Assembly (NCBI GenBank): GCA_048882325.1
Contig: JBHLRS010000033.1
Location: forward strand, 1 to 32,152
DNA: 32,152 bases
Source: Candidatus Thorarchaeota archaeon
GTDB lineage: Archaea > Asgardarchaeota > Thorarchaeia > Thorarchaeales > Thorarchaeaceae
Direction of reading: 5' to 3'
The notes under the pieces are model-generated. The model was not told where the DNA came from. It did not search any database and saw nothing but the letters and a program-made list of their open reading frames with translations. The translations under genes and the position numbers were made by a program. Positions 8,512-17,587 of this stretch are shown here, in pieces (positions within the stretch are counted from its first letter, which is position 1; every line of letters starts with the position of its first letter).

Positions 8512-9030
8512 TTGGTTCAATTACTTAACAGAAAGCAATCTGCTTTACTAGCGTCTTTTTTGATTGTCCTCTTGATTGGTATTCCAACTATTGGACATCT
8601 ACCAATCCATAGAACCAACATACAGTATTCAGACCCTCTTGGAGATGTATCAGATCCAGACTTTGATGTCATCGAAATCAGGTCGTATATCCGGTTTCAG
8701 AATATTATTCTTGAACTGACTGTCGCAGGAACGATTCAAACACCAGATACCTGGTCATCCTATTCTGACTTCATATACCGAATAAACGTGGTAGCCAGAG
8801 GAATAAATCGAGCTGCACATATCTATTCTTGTGCATATCAAAATGGAGTCGTGGATCAGTATGGTTTTGATGTAGAGGTAGCGAATTCAACCCTTAGAAT
8901 CTTCTTTCCAATGACTGCTTTCATATCGGACTCCTATATGATTGGTTTGGAAGGAGTTGCCCAGTCTCCATTTGAAGATGACTTAACTCCAGAAGATAGG
9001 GACTCCAACATAGCAAGGCTGCTGTTCTGA
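8512..9030 (+). CDS. Hypothetical secreted or membrane-anchored protein
   Basis: 172 aa, TTG start, N-terminal TM/signal, DPxGDV..PDxDV motif. Confidence 0.75.
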   Translation: MVQLLNRKQSALLASFLIVLLIGIPTIGHLPIHRTNIQYSDPLGDVSDPDFDVIEIRSYIRFQNIILELTVAGTIQTPDTWSSYSDFIYRINVVARGINRAAHIYSCAYQNGVVDQYGFDVEVANSTLRIFFPMTAFISDSYMIGLEGVAQSPFEDDLTPEDRDSNIARLLF

Positions 9031-9035
9031 AATAC

Positions 9036-9073
9036 TTGTAGTAATAGAACAAGTATCTCCATCTTTTGTTGTT
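9036..9073 (+). repeat. Intergenic repeat copy 7 (right end only)
   Basis: ttgtagtaatagaacaagtatctccatcttttgttgtt, nearly the same as the right end of copy 6. Confidence 0.88.
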
Positions 9074-9113
9074 AATTTTTGCTATATCCTGATGATGGAA
9101 TTGAGCACTACTG

Positions 9114-10019
9114 TTAGATTACCACTCTCTCGCCAGGGATTCTTCTAAATGCCTGCACATCTCCTACATGAGAAGCTCCAACGAGAAATCGAGTCAGTCT
9201 TTCAACACCTAAACCAGCACCAGCACTTGGAACAAAACCATTTCGGGCAAACTCTAGATACGGTTTGTAATCCTCTTTGCTGAGTCCATCTCTCTCAATC
9301 CTCATGACAATTCTGTCATATGTCCATTCTCGCTCTCCACCACTGAGTGCCTCACCAAATCCTTCTGGATATACCAAATCATAGTTGCGATAAACACCAG
9401 GTCTCTCTGGATCCTCTGCATCATAGAACTCGCGCTTGTGATTCAGCACCCAAAAAGGATCTTCCGCCTCCTCACTTGCTAATTTTTCCCACTTGGCTCC
9501 ATATTTCTCGTTGAGTTCATCAGTAGAAAAAATTTCGAACTTTCTAGGGATTTTGACTTCCCTATCCCAAAGAGCTAATTCATCACTACAATCTTTTCTT
9601 ACCTGGTTTATAGTTGCGGTAATAGTGTCTTGTATCAGCGTGAAAACTGCGTACATGTCTGCATGAGCTAGCTCGAAATCCACCTGGGAAAACTCAAACA
9701 AATGACATCCGGTTTCTCGACTTTGAACATTCTCGAGCCGTATGTTTGGTGATACAGCAAAGAATTTCTCAATACCAGATGAAACCATTATTTGTTTTTG
9801 CAGAATCATGCTTGTAGTCAGAACGAGTTTCTGACCTTGATACTCAACAGCTGGCATACCAATTATCCTACTTCCTGGATCGGGTCCTAGTGGATCACTC
9901 ACAGTGGTCAGGATTACCGGTAAAATCTCAATCAGTCCATTCTTGCGAAAGGTTTCTCTAATTGATTTCAAGGCAACACTTTGCACATTTAATGCTGCAG
10001 CTGTCTTTTCATTTTTCAT
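9114..10019 (-). CDS. asnA: Archaeal-type asparagine synthetase A (AsnRS catalytic-domain paralog lacking the anticodon-binding domain)
   Basis: 301 aa; class II aaRS motif 2 (SPNIRLE...HLFEFSQVDFE), EALSGGERE, motif 3 (SAGAGLGVERL); no N-terminal OB fold. Confidence 0.88.
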   Translation of the reverse strand: MKNEKTAAALNVQSVALKSIRETFRKNGLIEILPVILTTVSDPLGPDPGSRIIGMPAVEYQGQKLVLTTSMILQKQIMVSSGIEKFFAVSPNIRLENVQSRETGCHLFEFSQVDFELAHADMYAVFTLIQDTITATINQVRKDCSDELALWDREVKIPRKFEIFSTDELNEKYGAKWEKLASEEAEDPFWVLNHKREFYDAEDPERPGVYRNYDLVYPEGFGEALSGGEREWTYDRIVMRIERDGLSKEDYKPYLEFARNGFVPSAGAGLGVERLTRFLVGASHVGDVQAFRRIPGERVVI

Positions 10020-10128
10020 ACTCTATAGAGTGTCAAACAGGATTAAAAGAAATTCCTTTGAAAAGCGAATATTTTGCAATTTCATTCGATAATATACTTC
10101 AGAATACGTAAAATTTTCGAACACTCAA

Positions 10129-10151
10129 TGTAGTGATTACCATCCTTTGTT
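10129..10151 (+). repeat. Intergenic repeat copy 8 (minimal remnant)
   Basis: tgtag-tgatta-ccatcctttgtt; same orientation and intergenic position as the other copies. Confidence 0.65.
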
Positions 10152-10223
10152 CGTAATTCGTCAAAATGGTTGCTTTGAACTAGCATATTATTAGCATCTC
10201 ACTGGAGTTCTGTCACCATTGAG

Positions 10224-11147
10224 GTGAGTTCTCTGAAGAAATCTATTCGCAGTCGTAGAGCAATACTCGCAACTTGTATACTACTATTCTTCATTCTAAC
10301 ATCGATACCAAATGCATATTCTGCATCTCAAGAGCTTCCATCAACTCTTTCTGATCTAAGTGACACTAAAGTAGCTATATTCGGTGGGGTAGGAGTACTG
10401 GACAGTTCCAAGGATGCACTTGAAAGTATGTTTCTCTGGGCGAACGCTTCAGTTGATATAGTATATGCATTTCAGATTCTTAATGGAACATTGGACTCAT
10501 ATGATATCGTGGTATTTCCCGGAGGCTCAGCTGTATCCTATTCTCAAGGGTTAGGAACTGAAGGACTCGATGTCATCCGCGAATTCGTGAGGAATGGTGG
10601 TTCATACTTTGGAATATGCGGAGGCTCTCTATTTGCGACAAATGCTGTCCTTGGTCTGTTCAATGGTTCTTACAGCAACTCAATCAATGGTACAGGCATA
10701 TTTCTTACAGAGATGTATGTGAATCAGAACTCAACAGGTCCCGATCTATCGGATGAACCAGAATCATACTGGACCATGTATTGGGGGTCCTCATATTTCT
10801 ATGGTGAGATGGACAATATCATTCCTATCTGTTCGTACTCCTTGAATGATAGACCAGGGATGATTGCATTTTCTTCAGGAGCGGGCACAGTCTTTCTTTC
10901 CAGCCCCCATCCTGAATACGAAGAGGGTGATTCTAGGGACGGTACCATTTTCTCTGATTACTTGAACGATCCGGATACAGAATGGAATCTCATGTTGAAA
11001 GTATCGCGATGGCTTGTTGATGAATCTACGACCACGCCTCTACCTAGTCAAAATGGACTACGAATATCCCCTTACGTCATCGCTGGAACTATAGCAGTAA
11101 TTGGTCTGATGTCTATCGTATTTCTGGTCAAAATCAGAAAGACTTAG
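10224..11147 (+). CDS. Membrane-anchored BPL_N-like / class I glutamine amidotransferase-like protein
   Basis: VVFPGG, GGSYFGICGG nucleophile Cys, HPE; signal peptide and C-terminal TM. Confidence 0.82.
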   Translation: MSSLKKSIRSRRAILATCILLFFILTSIPNAYSASQELPSTLSDLSDTKVAIFGGVGVLDSSKDALESMFLWANASVDIVYAFQILNGTLDSYDIVVFPGGSAVSYSQGLGTEGLDVIREFVRNGGSYFGICGGSLFATNAVLGLFNGSYSNSINGTGIFLTEMYVNQNSTGPDLSDEPESYWTMYWGSSYFYGEMDNIIPICSYSLNDRPGMIAFSSGAGTVFLSSPHPEYEEGDSRDGTIFSDYLNDPDTEWNLMLKVSRWLVDESTTTPLPSQNGLRISPYVIAGTIAVIGLMSIVFLVKIRKT

Positions 11148-11207
11148 TGCCCTACGAAAACAGCTCAATGTTTATCAGAATCCTCGAGTAATTGACACAG
11201 TGGGGTC

Positions 11208-11501
11208 ATGAAAGAGTCGCAAACTGAAGGTCAGAAAAAGCGACGAAGAAAATTTCTGGGAAGTGTTGCTGTAGGGATTGGACTGAGTTTCATTGCTTTT
11301 GTGATTGTCTTTGGAATGCTTATACCCCTAGTTTCTGCAGACGGTAGTTCAGTTGAACTAGTGCAGATACACAATGTCATAGCAGGTCCAATTCTCATTT
11401 TTGGTATCCTTCTCATCCTTGCTGGATTAATAGCAATTCTACTTCCAGAAGGTTTCTCTAAAGATGGATTCTGGAGTTTTCAGACAGGTCCCTATCAGTG
11501 A
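11208..11501 (+). CDS. Small two-TM hypothetical protein
   Basis: 97 aa; basic N-terminus followed by two hydrophobic helices. Confidence 0.7.
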   Translation: MKESQTEGQKKRRRKFLGSVAVGIGLSFIAFVIVFGMLIPLVSADGSSVELVQIHNVIAGPILIFGILLILAGLIAILLPEGFSKDGFWSFQTGPYQ

Positions 11502-11574
11502 TGAAATCTGCATTATTGATGTTTCCTATTCTTTTGAGAAATAGATAAAACAAGCAACTAATTCGCACCATGAT

Positions 11575-12405
11575 ATGGACCCACTAATCATGTTCCTTGC
11601 AATTCCCATTGGACTTCTGATTGGTCTTGGTGCAGGAATAGTTGGACTAACTGCATGGCCAATCATAGTACCACTGCTCTTTGTCATTGGAGGGGTACCA
11701 CTTCACGAGTCTCTATTGTCAAGTCTTCTAGTGGACCTCGCCATAGCTGTGACGTTGTCATTGTTCTATGTTCGAAGTCCTGATTCCGGAGTGAACATGC
11801 AACTTGGGTCACGGTTGGGTCTGATCGCTGGTGTAACTGCCCTGGTCACTGTATTGATTGCATTTCCACTATTGGAGCAATACTCCAACGCATTTAGAGG
11901 TGGGTCTCCTTTCATCACTCTTGCACTAGGAGTGATCTTTCTTGTTCAGGGTATTAGATTGAGAACAAAAGGCGAGGGAAGCGACACTTTGCAGTATGAA
12001 CTTGGGGCTGCACCAAACTCTGATGTACTGAAACAGAAGATATCCTATATCATTTGTGTGTTAATTGGGTTCCTCACAGGTGCCATTGCTATAGGTGGTG
12101 CGATGAACTTTGTCCTTGTTTTGGTATTTCTGCTAGGGTATCCAACATTTCGAGCTGTTGGAACAGCAATGGTCGCCACAACAGTAATGCTTTCGATGAC
12201 CGTTGTTTCGTATCTCATACTTCTTTCCTTCAGCATATCCACTATACCAATTGTGCTTCTCTATACCTTTGGTGGAGTGTTGAGCAGTTACATCGCAGTC
12301 ACAAGGGCACAGCATATTCCCGAGGTGAAGTTGAGAATCCTAATAGGTTTCGTAGTTATTGCCACTGCAATCTTTGCAGCAATACAAGTGTATCTCCTTA
12401 CCTAA
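11575..12405 (+). CDS. TauE/SafE family (sulfite exporter-like) membrane protein
   Basis: Two-fold GxxxGxxxGxxG pattern, AVGTAM motif, about 8 TM helices. Confidence 0.8.
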   Translation: MDPLIMFLAIPIGLLIGLGAGIVGLTAWPIIVPLLFVIGGVPLHESLLSSLLVDLAIAVTLSLFYVRSPDSGVNMQLGSRLGLIAGVTALVTVLIAFPLLEQYSNAFRGGSPFITLALGVIFLVQGIRLRTKGEGSDTLQYELGAAPNSDVLKQKISYIICVLIGFLTGAIAIGGAMNFVLVLVFLLGYPTFRAVGTAMVATTVMLSMTVVSYLILLSFSISTIPIVLLYTFGGVLSSYIAVTRAQHIPEVKLRILIGFVVIATAIFAAIQVYLLT

Positions 12406-12475
12406 TCCAATCACTTGCTTACATGAGTAATTTAAAGACCGAACCAATTCTAGGTCCATCTGTTGTGAAGCAATC

Positions 12476-13036
12476 ATGACAAAGATAGAGCTCAATTCAG
12501 ATGGGTCCCCCTTTCCCAAACCAATTGTTCTTATTGGTTCTGTAATTGATGGTCGACCAAATTTCATCACAGTGGCATGGTTCAATAGGATGAGTAGAAC
12601 GCCAAACATATGGGGGGCATGTGTGGGTAAGACCAAATACACACTCAAAGGCATTCAACAAAATGGAACTTTCAGTGTCAACTTTCCAAGCATTGACCTA
12701 GTGAAAGAAACAGATTACTGTGGCATTCGCTCAGGCAAGGATGTCGACAAATCACGACTTTTCGATATCTTCTACGGAGAACTTGATACTGCTCCGATGA
12801 TAAAGGATTGCCCAATCACTGCAGAATGCACATTAACTGAACTCATTGATATATCAACTCATTATCTTCTCCTTGGTGAAGTAAAACACCTTTACTCTGA
12901 GGAACGATACATGACCGATGGTGTTCTAGATCAAAAGAAACTGAATCTACTCATCTTCACAAATCCTGCTCTCCAATATTGGAAATTAGGTGATGTTGTG
13001 GCTGACGCATACTCTGTTGGGAAGATGCTTGGCTAG
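12476..13036 (+). CDS. Flavin reductase family protein (flavoredoxin-like)
   Basis: PIVLIGS..GRPNFITVAW, FSVNFP, DYCGIRSG...DK, APMIKDCP, HYLLLGEV. Confidence 0.9.
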   Translation: MTKIELNSDGSPFPKPIVLIGSVIDGRPNFITVAWFNRMSRTPNIWGACVGKTKYTLKGIQQNGTFSVNFPSIDLVKETDYCGIRSGKDVDKSRLFDIFYGELDTAPMIKDCPITAECTLTELIDISTHYLLLGEVKHLYSEERYMTDGVLDQKKLNLLIFTNPALQYWKLGDVVADAYSVGKMLG

Positions 13037-13068
13037 GATAAAAATGACCATCATAAAATCTCGACGTT

Positions 13069-13524
13069 TCATATTGAAGTATCTCCGAGGTGTTTACTCA
13101 GTTCCCAAAGTGACGGGACCAAACCCAGTTCAGTCAAGACGTCGTAGAAGCAAAAAGCACCCCACCTATCAATGACTTTTCCTTCAGAGTTAATGTAGAG
13201 GATTGTTGCTCCCTCGAACTTTACTTCCTTGCCAGTCGGTTCGAATCCCCATGCACTACCCTTCTGTGTACCCCTGGCTCTGTATCGTATCCAGACCTTA
13301 TCTTCCTCCCCATTGATTTCGACAATGTCATACTTTAGATCCGGAAACACAGATCGGAAATATCTGATCTCATGTTTTACCTGATCCGGACCGACAGCGT
13401 CGATTTGTATCCACTCTGGATCATAATCTTTGTCAACAATTTCATCAGCAACATCCAGATCTGGCATACTCCACATCTCATTATACCACCGTTTACCAAT
13501 CCTTTCATTTCTCTCTTTGGACAC
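13069..13524 (-). CDS. SnoaL-like ester cyclase (NTF2-like fold)
   Basis: FPDLKY...EEDKVWIRY..RGT..G...GFEPTGK.V...G...GKV..RW. Confidence 0.88.
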   Translation of the reverse strand: MSKERNERIGKRWYNEMWSMPDLDVADEIVDKDYDPEWIQIDAVGPDQVKHEIRYFRSVFPDLKYDIVEINGEEDKVWIRYRARGTQKGSAWGFEPTGKEVKFEGATILYINSEGKVIDRWGAFCFYDVLTELGLVPSLWELSKHLGDTSI

Positions 13525-13644
13525 TCAAATCACCCTACGTCAGTATCAATGGTTATGAATTTGAACCAATCAACTTTCTTTCACTATGCATAAATATTAC
13601 TTATCAAGCACATAGTTGTTCAAACACCTTAAGTATCAGTATGA

Positions 13645-14880
13645 ATGTGGTATTTTATGCTTGTAGCGGACAGCGAGCGAGAGAGTTTATGGAGAAACCA
13701 CTATCTAGGAGTCCAGAGCCTCTTTTATTTGGCACAGGGCGTTGCAATGGGTGCACTACTCTTTCTTCCTTCATTCTTTGGCTACTTGCATGTGGATGAA
13801 TTTGGGAGGATTCTCTTCCAATCTGTGATTTGGTTGCCTTGGTATCTCAAAGTATTCTTTGGCATTCTTTCAGACAATGTGCCAGTCAGAGGATACGGAA
13901 GACGTAAACCCTACATGCTGATAGCAGGAATCATCGGGATAATTGGATGGATCACAATCCCGCTCTATACAGAGTTCTCAATGCTCCTGCTTGTATCTGG
14001 TATCCTTGCATCATTTGGAACCGGAATGAGTGATGCAACGATAGACGCGTTTGCGGTTGAAATCACTCCACAAAAACGACGAGGAGTACTGCAAGGTCTA
14101 TCATGGGGCTTTAGGGGTTTGGGGCTAGGATTGACAGCATTTCTTGCTGGTGTGTTAGCTGATGCAAATGCATGGTTTGTTCTCTTTTCTGTTCCAGGAA
14201 CACTTGTGAGCCTGTCTTGTTTCTTAGTCCTACTATTCAAAGAGAATCCATTACCTGAGGATTTCAAGAGAGTAAGCGGTCGCGAGTATAGGAAGGCTTT
14301 CGCCAACACAAACGTGCAGCAAACCTTCATCTTCAATCTCTTTGCAGCATCAGCAATCTCAATACTTCCCACCATTCAGACGTTTCTTGAGGTTGATCTT
14401 GGACTAGACCTTGTGACAGTTGGTCTTTTGTTTTCGATATTCTCAGTGGGATTGTTTATCGGTTCTCTAATATTCGGTCTTCTTGGCGACCGAATCTCTG
14501 TACGAACAACATTACCAGCGACCTCAGCTGTGTATGCAGTAGTCATCCTATTAGCACTCTTCACCAACCTGCAAATCCTAGAAGACTCAATGATTTTCTT
14601 TTTCGTGATTGGATTGACTGCTGGGGGCTATCAAACAACACAGCTTAGAATAAACATGGACAACACTCCCTCTATCGCATCCGGGACTATATTCAATCTC
14701 TACAATAGCATAGCAAATGTTGGTTTGATAGGTATCGGTGCACTTGCTGTCGCTGGATTGGAGAGCTATACTGGTACTTATCAGGCAAGCTGGCAACTAC
14801 TCTGGGTTTTTCTCATAATTGCCCTCATTCCTGGTTACTACCTCACTAGAAAGAAAATCGAAACTGATACTGATGAATAA
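13645..14880 (+). CDS. MFS transporter (AmpG/BT1-like); start may be the ATG at 13657
   Basis: LPWYLKVFFGILSD...GRRKPY and GLLGDRIS motifs, DATIDA, about 12 TM helices. Confidence 0.9.
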   Translation: MWYFMLVADSERESLWRNHYLGVQSLFYLAQGVAMGALLFLPSFFGYLHVDEFGRILFQSVIWLPWYLKVFFGILSDNVPVRGYGRRKPYMLIAGIIGIIGWITIPLYTEFSMLLLVSGILASFGTGMSDATIDAFAVEITPQKRRGVLQGLSWGFRGLGLGLTAFLAGVLADANAWFVLFSVPGTLVSLSCFLVLLFKENPLPEDFKRVSGREYRKAFANTNVQQTFIFNLFAASAISILPTIQTFLEVDLGLDLVTVGLLFSIFSVGLFIGSLIFGLLGDRISVRTTLPATSAVYAVVILLALFTNLQILEDSMIFFFVIGLTAGGYQTTQLRINMDNTPSIASGTIFNLYNSIANVGLIGIGALAVAGLESYTGTYQASWQLLWVFLIIALIPGYYLTRKKIETDTDE

Positions 14881-14901
14881 CAAGTGGTGGGGTGTGCATC
14901 G

Positions 14902-15594
14902 ATGAGCAAAGGAGTTCTCAAGGTATTCTCAGAGGTTGCTCATCTCTATGAAGTAGTGAACCACGTTCTGACCATGGGTCTGGATATCCCTTGGCGAAAG
15001 AGAGCTTCACAAGTAGCAGCTTCAGGCGGAGGGACTCTTTGGTTAGAAGTCTGTAGCGGGACTGGGGAGATGGCAGCGAATCTTCGGAAACTCGCTGGTC
15101 CAGAAACAAAGATTGTAGTTTCGGATTTTTCATTGCCAATGATTACGAGAGTTCGTGAAAAGGGAGAACTCATTGCAGCAGCTATTTCATTGGCTGACTC
15201 AAAGCGTCTACCATTCCCTGACGATACCTTCGATCTAGTTGTGATTTCATTTGCGACACGAAATATAACACCAACAAGAAAACGACTGGTGGAATTTCTT
15301 AGAGAGTTTCTACGAGTTTTGAAACCCGGTGGTCGTTTCATCAATCTAGAAACTAGCCAACCATCCTCCACACCAATCAGGATTGCTTTTCGTCTGTATG
15401 CAAAGCAGGTGGTCAAGTTAGTTGGCAGAATCATATCAGGATCAAAAACTGGTTATGCATACTTGGCACACACAGTTTCCCGATTCTTCAATGCAGACGA
15501 ACTCTCAGAGATTCTCTACGAGTCTGGTTTTTCTAGAGTGAACTACGTCACAATGACCTTTGGAGCTGTGGCAATTCATCGCGCTGTCAAGTGA
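14902..15594 (+). CDS. UbiE/MenG family SAM-dependent methyltransferase
   Basis: F..VA..YE.VNHVLTMGLD..WR, LEVCSGTG, DFS..M, LPFPDDTFD, RVLKPGG, Y.YL; ATG at 14902 preferred over GTG at 14884. Confidence 0.88.
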   Translation: MSKGVLKVFSEVAHLYEVVNHVLTMGLDIPWRKRASQVAASGGGTLWLEVCSGTGEMAANLRKLAGPETKIVVSDFSLPMITRVREKGELIAAAISLADSKRLPFPDDTFDLVVISFATRNITPTRKRLVEFLREFLRVLKPGGRFINLETSQPSSTPIRIAFRLYAKQVVKLVGRIISGSKTGYAYLAHTVSRFFNADELSEILYESGFSRVNYVTMTFGAVAIHRAVK

Positions 15595-15669
15595 ATGAAC
15601 CAGAACACATCATAAAAAGGCGAATGATTTTACTAGATAGTTTGAAGTATCTTTCTGGCCGCAAAACCC

Positions 15670-15846
15670 ATGCTTCAGACAACAACTGTTGGTCTAACAA
15701 TGATTGGCATTAGTATAGTTCGTTTGCTATTTCTCCTCTACACAATAACGCATCTAGAACAGCTAGGAATAGACATCACACATCCAAGAGTGATTGTTGA
15801 ACTCTTAATCTTCATCCTACTATTAGTAATTGGTTTGGTTCTCTGA
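15670..15846 (+). CDS. Putative 58-aa two-TM protein (below the ORF-track cutoff)
   Basis: Hand-translated MLQTTTVGLTMIGISIVRLLFLLYTITHLEQLGIDITHPRVIVELLIFILLLVIGLVL*; fills an otherwise empty gap. Confidence 0.5.
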   Translation: MLQTTTVGLTMIGISIVRLLFLLYTITHLEQLGIDITHPRVIVELLIFILLLVIGLVL

Positions 15847-15856
15847 CCTGATTAGC

Positions 15857-17110
15857 CTACAGTTTGACTATCTTCCCCTCTCTCCTGCTTCTCTCTGCAG
15901 CAAAAGTCATCAGGTGGGTTTCCAAAGTTTCCTCAGGTCCTGAAAGAATCAGACTTGGATCATTTTGCGACACAGCTGTAACAAATGTGTCTATGAGTGC
16001 ATAATCACCACCGCTGTGATCTGCAAGTGATGATGGCACATTAGGTGCATCTTCAGACGTGTCGATTATCTCTGTCTTCCCTCTCAGGAACTCGTGAATC
16101 TGTATCTTTGTTCCATTGCCATATATCTCGCCACGAGTCCCGAAAATTCGTGTCTCCCTCTGTCTAGCTCTAGTGAAAGCAGTCATTGTGAACGATGCAG
16201 TCTCTCCTCCCTCAAACTCCATATTAACAACCTGATGGTCAACAACATCATTATCACATTCATAGACGCATCGACCATAGGGGCCGTACCTGAGCTCTCG
16301 AATGATAGCCCCCTTTGTCATCTCCGAACTGATTGTACTCAATGGCCATCCTGTTCTTCCCCGCTCGAAGAGCTTCAGATAGAATCGCTTTGCAGAATAC
16401 GGACACTCTGGTTCATAATCGCACTCCAGACAATTGCTGCCTGCAGTTTCAGGCTTATTCTCACTCCGAAAGTGGGAAAGTGATCCAAACGATGAAACGG
16501 TCGTGCAGCTTTTTCCCATAATGTATCGTATCCAATCGAGATCATGACAGGATTTGGCCAGCAACATGAAGGACGACTCCTTCTCATTTCTCCAGTTACC
16601 CCTAACAAATGAATGAGCCTGATGCCAGTACCCAACAGGCTCAAGCCTCTGAAGACTGATGACCTCTCCTATTAGTCCTGAGTCAATAATAGACTTGAGC
16701 TTCTGTGTATACCTCGTGTATCGTAGGACGTGACCTAACGCAAAGATGATGTCATTTGAAAGAACTGCTTTTGTGATCGCCCGGCAATCTCGTTCATCAG
16801 GTGCCATCGGTTTCTCCAACAGCATATTGTATTTCTTCTTGGCAAAGGCGATGGCCGGGTCCCGATGCATATGGTCCTGTGTTGATATGATGACCGCGTC
16901 TGCGAATTTCTGTTTCTTTGCCATATCCTTCCAGTCTGTGAACACATTCTCTTCGGGGATATTGTGCTCCTTCACCATCTTCTCTCGATAGAAATCTCTG
17001 GGCTCCGCAACACCAACGACCTTGGCTCTCTTGGGATAGGTTTTAGCATAAGACGCATACACAAACCCACGGTCTCCAGCTCCTGCGATTATCAGTTCGA
17101 CTGGTTTCAT
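15857..17110 (-). CDS. Gfo/Idh/MocA family oxidoreductase
   Basis: GAGDRG Rossmann motif, LLEKPMA, HVLRY, KSCHDLD. Confidence 0.92.
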   Translation of the reverse strand: MKPVELIIAGAGDRGFVYASYAKTYPKRAKVVGVAEPRDFYREKMVKEHNIPEENVFTDWKDMAKKQKFADAVIISTQDHMHRDPAIAFAKKKYNMLLEKPMAPDERDCRAITKAVLSNDIIFALGHVLRYTRYTQKLKSIIDSGLIGEVISLQRLEPVGYWHQAHSFVRGNWRNEKESSFMLLAKSCHDLDWIRYIMGKSCTTVSSFGSLSHFRSENKPETAGSNCLECDYEPECPYSAKRFYLKLFERGRTGWPLSTISSEMTKGAIIRELRYGPYGRCVYECDNDVVDHQVVNMEFEGGETASFTMTAFTRARQRETRIFGTRGEIYGNGTKIQIHEFLRGKTEIIDTSEDAPNVPSSLADHSGGDYALIDTFVTAVSQNDPSLILSGPEETLETHLMTFAAERSRREGKIVKL

Positions 17111-17261
17111 AATCCTTTCCTACCATGAGGCGCATTATAGGTGAATACATCGTACATTTCAATGTATACGGTAAGCAATTCGCTTATATTAAAGACACAG
17201 ACCTACAGATTAATTAGCAATGAGTTAACAATTGTTCAGTGTGGGAACGATGGTTGTTGTA

Positions 17262-17543
17262 ATGCTATATCAAACCACAGTGAAGCCTGATGCTATAGAC
17301 ACTATGGATGAAATTCGAGAAGGATTCAAGGTGCTCTATGAGAAGCATGGCATTAATGTGATTGGTTATTGGAAAAGTATCGAACACCCCAATGAGAGTT
17401 TCTACATGGTCCAATATGAGAGTGATGATGACTATCAGAATAAGACAAGAGCGCTTCACGACGATCAACAATACTTGCGGTTGACATCCCAGCTCAATGA
17501 GGTCCGAACCGACTTCAAATCCACGAAGCTGTCTCCGAAATAG
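17262..17543 (+). CDS. NIPSNAP family protein (start 17250 or 17262)
   Basis: VKP...LYEKHGINVIGYW...FYMVQYES...L.P pattern. Confidence 0.75.
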   Translation: MLYQTTVKPDAIDTMDEIREGFKVLYEKHGINVIGYWKSIEHPNESFYMVQYESDDDYQNKTRALHDDQQYLRLTSQLNEVRTDFKSTKLSPK

Positions 17544-17587
17544 CAGAACCAGAGAGTTCATAATAGCTCATCAATAGTCAATGGTGA

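Noticed and set aside
1-10151. CRISPR array or canonical integron attC interpretation
   Set aside because: Spacing is about 0.9-2.5 kb with whole genes between repeats, and there are no cas genes. There are no consistent RYYYAAC/GTTRRRY boxes and no intI in the window.
13611-13640. Possible ninth repeat remnant (agttgttcaa...aagtatc), and a similar gaagtatct near 15644
   Set aside because: Lacks the TGTAG and CCATCC boxes; too short to distinguish from chance.
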